A stretch of 63,938 nucleotides of DNA, the filler included, from Sandaracinaceae bacterium (GTDB lineage Bacteria > Myxococcota_A > Polyangia > Polyangiales > JADJQN01), in NCBI GenBank assembly GCA_947483975.1. It is 5 parts of 5 records of this genome, joined end to end, with 100 filler letters (N's around TTAATTAATTAA, not from the genome) between each part and the next. Parts side by side here need not be neighbours in the genome. Positions count along the whole stretch, not along the records: positions 14,143 to 27,789 come from CANKOL010000115.1; 4 more parts are not named here. One strand, given 5' to 3'. Below are positions 17,928 through 25,920 of this stretch, one piece after another. The notes beneath the pieces were generated by a model. It ran no database searches. It saw only the letters and a list, made by a program, of their open reading frames with translations, and was not told the origin of the DNA. Made by a program: the position numbers and the translations under genes. Each line of letters starts with the position of its first letter. The stretch's first letter is position 1.

Positions 17928-19667
17928 CTACGTCGCCGCGCGCTTGGCCTCGAGCCAGGCGGCGCACTCACGGCGACGGATCTTGCCGCTCGTCGTGCGC
18001 GGCAGCGCGCCGTAGCCGACGACGTGCACCTCGGCGGGGAAGCCGAGCACGCCGAGCAGCTCGCCGCGCACCTCCGCGGCGATGCGCGTGCGCTCGGCGT
18101 CGTCGGTCGTGCGCGACTCCACCGCGACGACGAGCGCCTCGGTGCCAGCCTTCGCGTCGAAGCGACCGAACGCGGCGACGGTGCCCTGCACGCTCGACAG
18201 ACGCCCCGCGACGAGCTCCACGTCGGATGGGTACACGTTGCGCCCGGAGATGACGACGAGCTCCTTGGCGCGCCCGCTGATGAAGAGCTTGCCGTCGTGC
18301 ACGAAGCCGAGGTCGCCCGTGTGCAGCCAGCCGTTGCGCAAGGCGAGCGCCGTCGCCTCGTCGTTGCGGAAGTAGCCGCCCATGCAGGACGGGCCGCGCA
18401 CGACGATCTCGCCGACGACGTCCTCGGAGACGAACGCGCCGTCCGGGTCGTCGCTCGGGCGCACGCCGATCGTCGTGCCCGCGACCGGACCACCGACCGA
18501 GACGAGCGAGCCGCCGCCCGTCGCGCGCGGCACGACGCGCCCCTCTGCGAGCTCTTCGCGATCGACGCCGAGGGACTCGTAGCCACCGCCGAGCGGCGGA
18601 AACGCCACGGCCAAGGTCATCTCGGCGAGGCCATAGACGGGCAGAAACGCCTCGCGCTTGAACCCGCACGGCGCGAAGCGCTCAGCGAAGCGGTCGAGCG
18701 TCTCCGCGTGCACGGGCTCAGCGCCATTGAGGGCTGCGCGCCAGCGATCGAGGCGGCGCTCGGGCGTCGGCTCCACCTTGGCCGTGCAGAGCGCGTACGC
18801 GAAATTCGGAGCCGCCGCGATCGTCGCGCCCTTCGCGCCGATCAGGTCGAGCCACACATGCGGGCGCATGATGAAGCGCTCGGGCGGCATCACGTGCACG
18901 GGGTACGGATGACAGACGGCGGTCAGCAGGACGCCGACGAGGCCCATGTCGTGAAACGGCGGGAGCCAGCTCGCGCCGACGTCGCTCGACGTGAGCTGAG
19001 CCCCGGTCGCGATGGCCGAGGCGTTCGCGACGATCGCGCCGTGCGAGACGATCACGCCCTTCGGCCGGCCCGTCGTGCCCGAGGTGTATTGCAGAAACGC
19101 CGTCGTCGACGCGTCCACGGACGGAGTCGGGATGTGCATCGGCGCCATGCCGACCAGGTCGCCGGGGACGATCACGCGCGGCACGCGCTCCCGCAGCGCG
19201 GGCGCCGTCGCGAGCGCCGTCGCGATGCGCGGCGAGGTGATCAGCGCGGCAGGCTCGGCGCTCTCCGCGATCCGCGCGAGGTGCTCGAGGTGCTTCTCCA
19301 TCCCGCCGAACGTCAGGGGCGCGGCGAGCGGGACCGGGATGAAGCCGCCGAGCATCGCGCCGAGGAACGCCTCGACGAAGTCGGGGCCGGCGCCGAGCAA
19401 CACGAGCACACGGTCCCCGCGCCGCACTCCCGCGGAGACGAGCGCGGCAGTCCAGCGCGCGGCACCGTCACGAATCGCGCGCGCTCCACGCACATCCACG
19501 GGCGTGTTCGTGCCGAGGTGGAAGCTGAAGAGCGGCGCATCGTCGTGCGCCGCCGCCTCGAGCGCGCCGACGAGCGTCGCGTGCGGCGGGCTCACCGGGA
19601 CCGCGCTCTCGAGCAGCGCGCGGCGAACGGTCAGGGGTTCACCGGGGGGCGTGGAGTCGTGGCGCAT
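17928..19667 (-). CDS. Fatty acyl-AMP ligase (FAAL)
   Basis: LQYTSGTTGRPKGV, SWLPPFHDMGLVG, APNFAY, NGAEPV, PVYGLAE, FAAL-type insertion VDREELAEGRVVP, LPRTTSGKIRR. Confidence 0.9.
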   Translation of the reverse strand: MRHDSTPPGEPLTVRRALLESAVPVSPPHATLVGALEAAAHDDAPLFSFHLGTNTPVDVRGARAIRDGAARWTAALVSAGVRRGDRVLVLLGAGPDFVEAFLGAMLGGFIPVPLAAPLTFGGMEKHLEHLARIAESAEPAALITSPRIATALATAPALRERVPRVIVPGDLVGMAPMHIPTPSVDASTTAFLQYTSGTTGRPKGVIVSHGAIVANASAIATGAQLTSSDVGASWLPPFHDMGLVGVLLTAVCHPYPVHVMPPERFIMRPHVWLDLIGAKGATIAAAPNFAYALCTAKVEPTPERRLDRWRAALNGAEPVHAETLDRFAERFAPCGFKREAFLPVYGLAEMTLAVAFPPLGGGYESLGVDREELAEGRVVPRATGGGSLVSVGGPVAGTTIGVRPSDDPDGAFVSEDVVGEIVVRGPSCMGGYFRNDEATALALRNGWLHTGDLGFVHDGKLFISGRAKELVVISGRNVYPSDVELVAGRLSSVQGTVAAFGRFDAKAGTEALVVAVESRTTDDAERTRIAAEVRGELLGVLGFPAEVHVVGYGALPRTTSGKIRRRECAAWLEAKRAAT

Positions 19668-19676
19668 GGTCGGTCG

Positions 19677-19717
19677 AAGGTGCGCGAGCCACCGGCTGGC
19701 GAGTTGCCCAGGGTCAA
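19677..19717 (-). promoter_or_regulatory. FNR/CRP-type box plus -10 element upstream of the FAAL gene
   Basis: Minus strand TTGACCCTGGGCAA (19717-19704, flanked GTTG..CAAC), 21 nt gap, CACCTT (19682-19677), 9 nt, ATG. Confidence 0.6.
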
Positions 19718-19787
19718 CGGACCATGGAAGCTCGGACCATCGGCATCCTCACGGGGCGCTGTCGCCTGCGGCACGAGCCGCGCCCGA

Positions 19788-19829
19788 ATGACCTGAGTCA
19801 CGGGGGGGCTGACCATGTGCGTTTGGTCA
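19788..19829. promoter_or_regulatory. Additional palindromic sites upstream of the Crp/Fnr gene
   Basis: ATGA-CCTGAG-TCAC (19788-19801) and TGACCA-N8-TGGTCA (19810-19829). Confidence 0.45.
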
Positions 19830-19864
19830 CGGACCTCGGGGCGATACGCGCGTACCAATGGCGC

Positions 19865-20560
19865 ATGGGACAAGTCTGCACGATGAGCAGTTACTCGCGC
19901 GCGTGTCCGGGCTGTCCGGCGATCGCGGAACATCGGTTCGAAGACCTCGTCGGCGCGGGTCGCGGAGCGTGCACGTTCCGTGTCGCCACGATCGAAGACC
20001 GCGCCTACGTGCCTCCGCGCCTCTTGCGTGAGAACACTTTTGCGCTCGTGCGACACGGCGTCTTCGTCCGCACGCGCGACGACGCGAGCGGAGAGGCCAA
20101 CGCCGTCGACGCGATCGGCCCCGGCGGACTCGTCCTCGGCGCGGCCAGCGAAGAGGAGCACGTCGGCGGCTACGCGGTGGGGCACCTCGTGCTCTGCGTG
20201 CTGCCGCGCGAGGGGGCGGCGGTCGCGCTCGCGGCGGCAGACGGCTCCGTCGGTGACTTCGTGGCCCTCGTCGAGCGGGCCCGCACCCGCATCGAGCGGC
20301 TCTCCGAGATCCGCGCTCGCCCGACGACCACCGGGCGCATCAAGGCGCTGGTCGCCTTGCTCGCCGAGACGCTCGCGCCGAACGGCACGCCGCTCGCTCG
20401 CTTGCCCGCCACGCTTCAGCAGCGGGACCTCGCCAAGCTCGCCGCGCTCCGCCACGAGAGCGTCTGCCGCGCGCTCGGCACGCTCGAACGCCGCGGGCTG
20501 GTTCAGCGCAGCGCCGACGGTCTCGCGATCCTCGACCACGCCGCCCTCAACGCCGCCTGA
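19865..20560 (+). CDS. Crp/Fnr-family regulator with FNR-like cysteines
   Basis: N-terminal CPGC plus further Cys, cNMP-like beta-roll with LVLCVLP, HTH LQQRDLAKLAALRHESVCRALGTLERRGLV; start may be 19883. Confidence 0.85.
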   Translation: MGQVCTMSSYSRACPGCPAIAEHRFEDLVGAGRGACTFRVATIEDRAYVPPRLLRENTFALVRHGVFVRTRDDASGEANAVDAIGPGGLVLGAASEEEHVGGYAVGHLVLCVLPREGAAVALAAADGSVGDFVALVERARTRIERLSEIRARPTTTGRIKALVALLAETLAPNGTPLARLPATLQQRDLAKLAALRHESVCRALGTLERRGLVQRSADGLAILDHAALNAA

Positions 20561-20676
20561 CGGTTCAACCGCAGCGCGCGCGCTGCAAAGACGCCTCCAA
20601 AAGCGAAACGCTCGATCAGCCTCCGAGGGAGACGGATCGAGCGTCGCTGCGTCGTCACGAGTCGAACGCGCGGTCG

Positions 20677-21972
20677 TCAGAACTGGATCGTGCGCGACTG
20701 CTGGTCGATCCCGGCGAGCGCCCCGCGCGGCTTGTAGAACTCGCGCCAGAGGTAGAGGTATCCCTCGAGCAGGCGCTCGGGCGACATCTGCGCCGGCTGG
20801 AAGACGACGTTCGCGTCGTTATAGCGCGACCAGTCGGTGTGCAGGATGCGCCCCGCCGCCTCGAGCTCGTACCAATCGGGCGTGCCCGGATACGGCGTGC
20901 GAATCGCGAACTCCGCCTTGGCGATCTTGGTCTTGTTGCCGAACTCGACCATGCGCTCGAACGTGCCCTCATCGTCCGCGTCGTTGCCGACGAAGAACGA
21001 CGTGTACGGCTCGATGTCGTGGTCATGGCACTTCTGGATGGCGTCGATCCCGCGCTGCAGCGCCTTGGGATCCTTGCCCGTGAAGGCGTTGCGCGTGATC
21101 GGATCGAAGCCGCCGACGAGATAGAACATCTTCACGCCCGCCTTGCGGATTCGCGTGAGGAACGCCGAGGGCGTCGTCAGGATCATCGGCATGCTGATGC
21201 CGACGTAGCTGATCGCGGCCTCGGCTCCGGCGCCCGCGAGCCCGTCGCAGATCTCGCCGAGCGCGCGCATCACCGCGGAGGCCGGGAAGAAGCTCGTGTC
21301 CTCGGTCAGCGACGCGCGCTTGCCGCGCTTGTTGAGCTGCTGGATCTGACCGAGCACGTGATCGTTGGTGTACATACGAAGCGACTTGCCCATGCTCTTC
21401 GGCAGAGCGCAGGCGACGCACTTCATCGGACAGCCGCGCGAGAGCTGCACGGGGTAGTCGTCGGGCGCGTACTTCGGCCCCTCACGGTCGAGGTAGAGGT
21501 CGACGCGCGGCAGCGGGAGCTTCGTGAGGTCGGCGAGCACCGACGCCTCGTAGCGGGGCTTGAGCTGACGCTTCGCGGCGTCCTCGAGCACCATCGGCCA
21601 GACCATCTCGCCCTCACCGACGACGACCGCGTCGGCGTGGAGCGCGACCTCGTCGGGGCGCATCGTCGGGAAGATTCCGCCGATGACGACCTGCGAGCCC
21701 GCCTTGCGGAAGAGGTCGCCGATCTCCATCGCGCGCATCGCGGACGCGGTGAACGTCGAGATCGCGATGAGGTCCGGCGGGTCATCGAGGCCGATGTCCT
21801 CGACGCGATCGTCGCGAAACTCGATCTCCCACGACGACGGCGTGATCGCCGCGAGGCAGGCGATGCCGAGCGACGGAGGCCCGAGGTACTCGTTGCAGGG
21901 CACGCACTCGAGAAGCTCAGGGTGGGCCTCTGCGTGCCGCGCGAACCGCGGATAGATGAATCGCACTCTCAT
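20677..21972 (-). CDS. Cobalamin-binding radical SAM enzyme
   Basis: B12-binding domain (PPSLG..LAA.TP, VVIGGIFPT..PDE, VVVGEGE), SRGCPMKCVAC, TPYPGT, DWSRY. Confidence 0.92.
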   Translation of the reverse strand: MRVRFIYPRFARHAEAHPELLECVPCNEYLGPPSLGIACLAAITPSSWEIEFRDDRVEDIGLDDPPDLIAISTFTASAMRAMEIGDLFRKAGSQVVIGGIFPTMRPDEVALHADAVVVGEGEMVWPMVLEDAAKRQLKPRYEASVLADLTKLPLPRVDLYLDREGPKYAPDDYPVQLSRGCPMKCVACALPKSMGKSLRMYTNDHVLGQIQQLNKRGKRASLTEDTSFFPASAVMRALGEICDGLAGAGAEAAISYVGISMPMILTTPSAFLTRIRKAGVKMFYLVGGFDPITRNAFTGKDPKALQRGIDAIQKCHDHDIEPYTSFFVGNDADDEGTFERMVEFGNKTKIAKAEFAIRTPYPGTPDWYELEAAGRILHTDWSRYNDANVVFQPAQMSPERLLEGYLYLWREFYKPRGALAGIDQQSRTIQF

Positions 21973-22005
21973 GGCTTGTCTCGTGGGCTGAAGTGGGAGG
22001 AAGGC

Positions 22006-23562
22006 CTAGCGTGAAGCGGCTGGGGGAGTATGGGCGGCGCTCGCCTTGCCGCGAGTCGAAACGCCGAGCGAGACGAGGGCGGCCTCGTCGCCTTCGGCGT
22101 CGGCGAGGGCGGTCTGGGCAGCGCTGAGCGAGGCGTCGACGGAGCGCAGGGCGAGGCGAATCGCGACCGCGTCCACGGCGTCTTGCGGGAGCCCGTCAGC
22201 GGCGACACACGAGGCCGAGTAGTAGGCGATGGCCGCGCGGCCGATCGCGGTGAGCAGCAGCGGCCGCCGGATCGCGCCGACGCCGTAGGTCTTGCGGGTC
22301 GCCGCGAGGGCGCTGAGGAGGCTGGCGTGCCGCAGCGATACGTCAGGATGGTTCGACGCCTGCGTGAGGCGCTCGTTGCCGGGCATTCCGGCGAGCAGGA
22401 CCGCGCCGAGGTGCGCGATGAGGACGTCGTTCGTGCCCTCGAAGATCCGGGTGACGCGCGAGTCTCGATACAGGCGCGGGACGCCGGTGTCCTCGATGTA
22501 GCCGCTGCCACCGTGGAGCTGGATGGCGCTGTCGCCGGCGTCGCACGCGCCCTCGCTCGCGACGACCTTCACGGCGGCGCTCGTCGAGTGAATCGACGTT
22601 CCGGCGGCGTCGTCTCGGCCGATCGACGCGAGCATGCGCTCGAGCGTTCGGACCGTCGCCGCGATGCGCGAGAGGTGCGCGCGAACCGGCTCCATCTCGA
22701 CGAGCGCGCGGCCGAACTGGCGACGGTCGGCCGTGTGTTGCAGCGACATCCGCAGGGCGGCGCGCGTGGTCCCGAGGCAGCCCGCGGCGAGCACCGTGCG
22801 GCCCCAGGCGAGGATCGCCTGCGCGTCCTCGAGGCCACGACCCGGCGTGCCGAGGATGTGCGAGCGAGGCAGGCGCACGCCGTCGAGCCGCAGCGTGATC
22901 GTCGACGAGGCGTTCAAGCCCATCTTGTGCTCTTCGGGGCCGATCTCGACGCCCGGCGTCTCGCGCGGCACGAGCACGAGCACATGGCCCTGCGCGGCGC
23001 CGATCCCCGGCGAGCGGGCCAACACCGTATACACACCAGCGAAGCCACCGTTGGTGACCCAGATCTTCTCGCCGTCGAGGATGATGTCGTCGCCGTCGAG
23101 CGTCGCGCGCGTGCTGATCGCCGCGAGGTTCGAGCCCGCGCCGGGCTCCGTCGCAGCGAAGGACGCGACCCGCTTGCCCTCCGCGAGGAGCGGCAGCCAC
23201 TTGGCGCGTAGTTCCTCGCTCCCGAGCGTGACGAGCCCGCGCGTGCCGAGGCCGGAGTGCAGGCCGATGCACGTCGCGAACGCGCGGTCGTGCTCGGCGA
23301 GGGCCGACACGACGCGCGCGATCTCGCCGAGCCCGAGGCCGAAGCCGCCGTATTCCGTCGGCAGGGCCGCGCCGAAGAGCCCCAGCGCCGCGCCCTCGGC
23401 GAGCAGCGCTGGACCGATCGAGCCGCGGGCCTCGATCACACCCGCGTTGAGCTCGCGCGAGGCAAATCGACGCACCTCGGCCTCGATCTCGTCGATCGGC
23501 GAGGCGTCAGCAGAGGTGCCCATGGTCGCGGAGGAGGCGCCCGCGTCAGGCGCCGGCGCCAT
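22006..23562 (-). CDS. Acyl-CoA/acyl-ACP dehydrogenase with C-terminal extension
   Basis: [46 protein letters not shown]. Confidence 0.92.
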   Translation of the reverse strand: MAPAPDAGASSATMGTSADASPIDEIEAEVRRFASRELNAGVIEARGSIGPALLAEGAALGLFGAALPTEYGGFGLGLGEIARVVSALAEHDRAFATCIGLHSGLGTRGLVTLGSEELRAKWLPLLAEGKRVASFAATEPGAGSNLAAISTRATLDGDDIILDGEKIWVTNGGFAGVYTVLARSPGIGAAQGHVLVLVPRETPGVEIGPEEHKMGLNASSTITLRLDGVRLPRSHILGTPGRGLEDAQAILAWGRTVLAAGCLGTTRAALRMSLQHTADRRQFGRALVEMEPVRAHLSRIAATVRTLERMLASIGRDDAAGTSIHSTSAAVKVVASEGACDAGDSAIQLHGGSGYIEDTGVPRLYRDSRVTRIFEGTNDVLIAHLGAVLLAGMPGNERLTQASNHPDVSLRHASLLSALAATRKTYGVGAIRRPLLLTAIGRAAIAYYSASCVAADGLPQDAVDAVAIRLALRSVDASLSAAQTALADAEGDEAALVSLGVSTRGKASAAHTPPAASR

Positions 23563-23815
23563 GCTGCGCCTTCCACGCCGCCATCACGAACACGCACGCG
23601 TCATCGACCGTGACGAGCGCGAGGGCGTCCTCGATCGGCAGGTCGAGCTTGAACTGCTCGCCGAGCCCCGAGAGCAGCTCGAGGCTGTTCAGCGAGTCCA
23701 TTCCGAGATCCTCGCGGAGGCGGCTCTCGCCCATGATCGTCGCGGCGTCGAGCTCGCGGATCTCGGCGATCAGCGCAGTCACCTTCGTACGCCACTCATT
23801 CTGATCCATGTTCAT
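23546..23815 (-). CDS. Acyl carrier protein
   Basis: Acidic 89-aa protein with [10 protein letters not shown] phosphopantetheine site; overlaps both neighbours. Confidence 0.92.
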   Translation of the reverse strand: MNMDQNEWRTKVTALIAEIRELDAATIMGESRLREDLGMDSLNSLELLSGLGEQFKLDLPIEDALALVTVDDACVFVMAAWKAQHGAGA

Positions 23816-24834
23816 TAGGGTCTCCGCTCCTCTCGCCGTCGCGCGGGCGCGAGGACGTTCGTCACTAGCCAGACGGCTGCCTGGTCGAAGGTCTCACCGA
23901 CCTCTGCGGGCGCGAAGCCGAGATCGCGCAGGGCCGCGGTCCCGGACACTCGCCGCCCATGGGTCACCAAGTCTACTAGCTCTCGCGGCCAGAGGACACG
24001 TTCACGCTTCGGCTCAGCGAGACGCTCCTCACGGTCCGCGCGCGCGACGGCGTCGTCGGCGCTGAGCTCGAGGGCCGGCGCTTTCACCTGATAGCGCAGC
24101 GCGAGCCAACGAAAGAGGGCACCGACGCGCACGGTGCGCCCCGGCAGCGCGTAGCGCGGCAGCGGCTTCGGACACTCGAGCGCCGCAACATGCGCCTGCG
24201 CGACGTCGCGCACATCGGTCACGTTGACGTAGCCGTCGACCCACCAAGGGAGCGCGCCCGCGAGCATCGCGGCGAGAATACCGTTCGTCCCGAGGCGCAG
24301 ATCGCCTGGCCCGAAGCACGCGCCCGCCATCAGCGAGACGATCTCCAGGCCTCGCTCGCGCCCGCGGTCGAGCTCGCGCTCGACGTACCACTTCACCTGC
24401 CCGTAGACGCTCTCGACGGGCGGGGAGACGAACACATCACGCTCGTCGGCCGCGCGGCCCTCGGGAGCCGGCCCGACGCTCGCGATCGAGCCGGTGACCA
24501 CGACCCGACTGATGCCCGCGGCGAGCGCGGCCTCGACGATGGCGCGGGCGCCCTCCGTGGCCGTGGCGATCGCCGCCTCCGGATGAAGCGAATAACGCGG
24601 ATAATGCGCCGCACAAAAGCACACGGCGTCACAGCCGACCATCGCCGCGCGCAGGGCTTCCGGATCCTCGAGGGACGCTGGCACCAGCTCGACGTCCCGC
24701 CGACGCAGCAGGAGCGTGATGCTCCGGGGTCGCCGCGTCGCGCGGACGGAATACCCCGCCGCGAGCAGGGAATCGACGACATGGAGGCCCACGAAGCCCG
24801 TCGCGCCTACGACCAGAATGCGCTTCGTGCCCAT
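23815..24834 (-). CDS. Extended SDR / NAD-dependent epimerase-dehydratase (HpnA/dihydroflavonol reductase-like)
   Basis: ILVVGATGFVG, GSIAS, YGQVK (YxxxK), FGPGD, DVRDVAQAH; TAATG overlap with ACP. Confidence 0.9.
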   Translation of the reverse strand: MGTKRILVVGATGFVGLHVVDSLLAAGYSVRATRRPRSITLLLRRRDVELVPASLEDPEALRAAMVGCDAVCFCAAHYPRYSLHPEAAIATATEGARAIVEAALAAGISRVVVTGSIASVGPAPEGRAADERDVFVSPPVESVYGQVKWYVERELDRGRERGLEIVSLMAGACFGPGDLRLGTNGILAAMLAGALPWWVDGYVNVTDVRDVAQAHVAALECPKPLPRYALPGRTVRVGALFRWLALRYQVKAPALELSADDAVARADREERLAEPKRERVLWPRELVDLVTHGRRVSGTAALRDLGFAPAEVGETFDQAAVWLVTNVLAPARRREERRP

Positions 24835-24844
24835 ATCGGCGGCG

Positions 24845-24888
24845 ACTTTGCGGGAGCGGCCCCTCCCCGTAGTTGAGCCTCGTCAACT
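24845..24888 (-). promoter_or_regulatory. FNR-type box at the class II position plus -10 element for the SDR-ACP-ACAD-rSAM operon
   Basis: AGTTGA-GCCTCG-TCAACT palindrome (24871-24888), 22 nt gap from the 14-bp core, minus-strand CAAAGT (24850-24845), 10 nt, ATG. Confidence 0.7.
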
Positions 24889-24970
24889 GGCGGCGGGCGA
24901 GGTGTCCCGCCTCGAGCCCCCCTTGACGGGGGTGGCCCACTCCCACACACACGCAACGAGGCTCTCGAAG

Positions 24971-25915
24971 ATGCGTCCACTGCCGCGCGCAGACATCAAG
25001 GTCGGGTTCGCGTGCAACAACCGCTGCGTCTTCTGCGCGCAGGGGGACAAGCGGTCGGAGGCCACGGCGATCCCCTTCGAGGAGCTGATCGCGCGGCTGG
25101 AGTCCGTCAAGGACCAGACCCGCGGGCTCGTGCTGACCGGCGGGGAGCCGACGCTGCACAAGGACATCCTGCGCATCATCGCGAGCGCCGCGGCGATGGG
25201 CTACCGGCCCATCCAGATCCAGACGAACGGGCGGATGATGTCCTACCCGAAGGCGATCGAGGCGCTCGTCCGCGCCGGCGCGACCGAGTTCTCCCCCTCG
25301 GTGCACGGCTCCACCGCCGAGATCCACGACGCGCTCACGCGCGCCCCGCGGAGCTTCGAGCAGACGACGGCCGGGATGCGCAACGTCGCGAAGCTCGGGC
25401 TGCCCGTCGTGACCAACACGGTCATCACGAAGAGCAACGTCACGGACCTGCCGAACATCGTCGCGCTCCTCGGCTCGCTCGGCGTGCGAGACGCGCAGCT
25501 CGCGTTCGTGCACCCCGTGGGCACGGCGGAGACGCTCTTCGACGAGGTCGTCCCGCGGCTCGCGGACGTCGTCGAGCCGCTGCGAGCTGCCCACGCGCTC
25601 GCGCAGAAGCTCGGGATTCGCCTCGTCTGCGAGGGAATCCCGTATTGCTTCTTGAGAGGGATGGAGTCGCTCGCCGTAGAGGACCAAATCCCCCACACCA
25701 CCGTCATCGACCTCGATGGAGCCCGCGCCGACTACTCGGAGTGGCGCGTCGTCGAAGGCAAGTCGCACGGCGAGCCCTGCACCCAGTGCGCGCGGCGCGC
25801 GACGTGCGAGGGCCCGTGGCGCGAGTATCCAGCCGCGTTCGGCTGGGCCGAATTCATCCCGTTTGCGTTGGAGTCCGCGCCCGATTTCGTGATCTCGTCG
25901 CCGAAGGAAACCTGA
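24971..25915 (+). CDS. Radical SAM protein, HxsC-like (His-Xaa-Ser system associated)
   Basis: RADIKVGFACNNRCVFC, LTGGEPT, IQTNGR, C-terminal CTQC..RATCEGPWREY; 5 nt before hxsB. Confidence 0.8.
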   Translation: MRPLPRADIKVGFACNNRCVFCAQGDKRSEATAIPFEELIARLESVKDQTRGLVLTGGEPTLHKDILRIIASAAAMGYRPIQIQTNGRMMSYPKAIEALVRAGATEFSPSVHGSTAEIHDALTRAPRSFEQTTAGMRNVAKLGLPVVTNTVITKSNVTDLPNIVALLGSLGVRDAQLAFVHPVGTAETLFDEVVPRLADVVEPLRAAHALAQKLGIRLVCEGIPYCFLRGMESLAVEDQIPHTTVIDLDGARADYSEWRVVEGKSHGEPCTQCARRATCEGPWREYPAAFGWAEFIPFALESAPDFVISSPKET

Positions 25916-25920
25916 CGCAC

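Noticed and set aside
20561..20590. Palindromes between the convergent Crp/Fnr and rSAM genes as a terminator
   Set aside because: GC hairpin present but no U-tract on either strand; cannot be supported.
24935..24955. AHSHTHA peptide upstream of the HxsC-like gene as a His-Xaa-Ser precursor
   Set aside because: It is HxH rather than repeated HxS, has no own start or stop, and lies in the promoter region.
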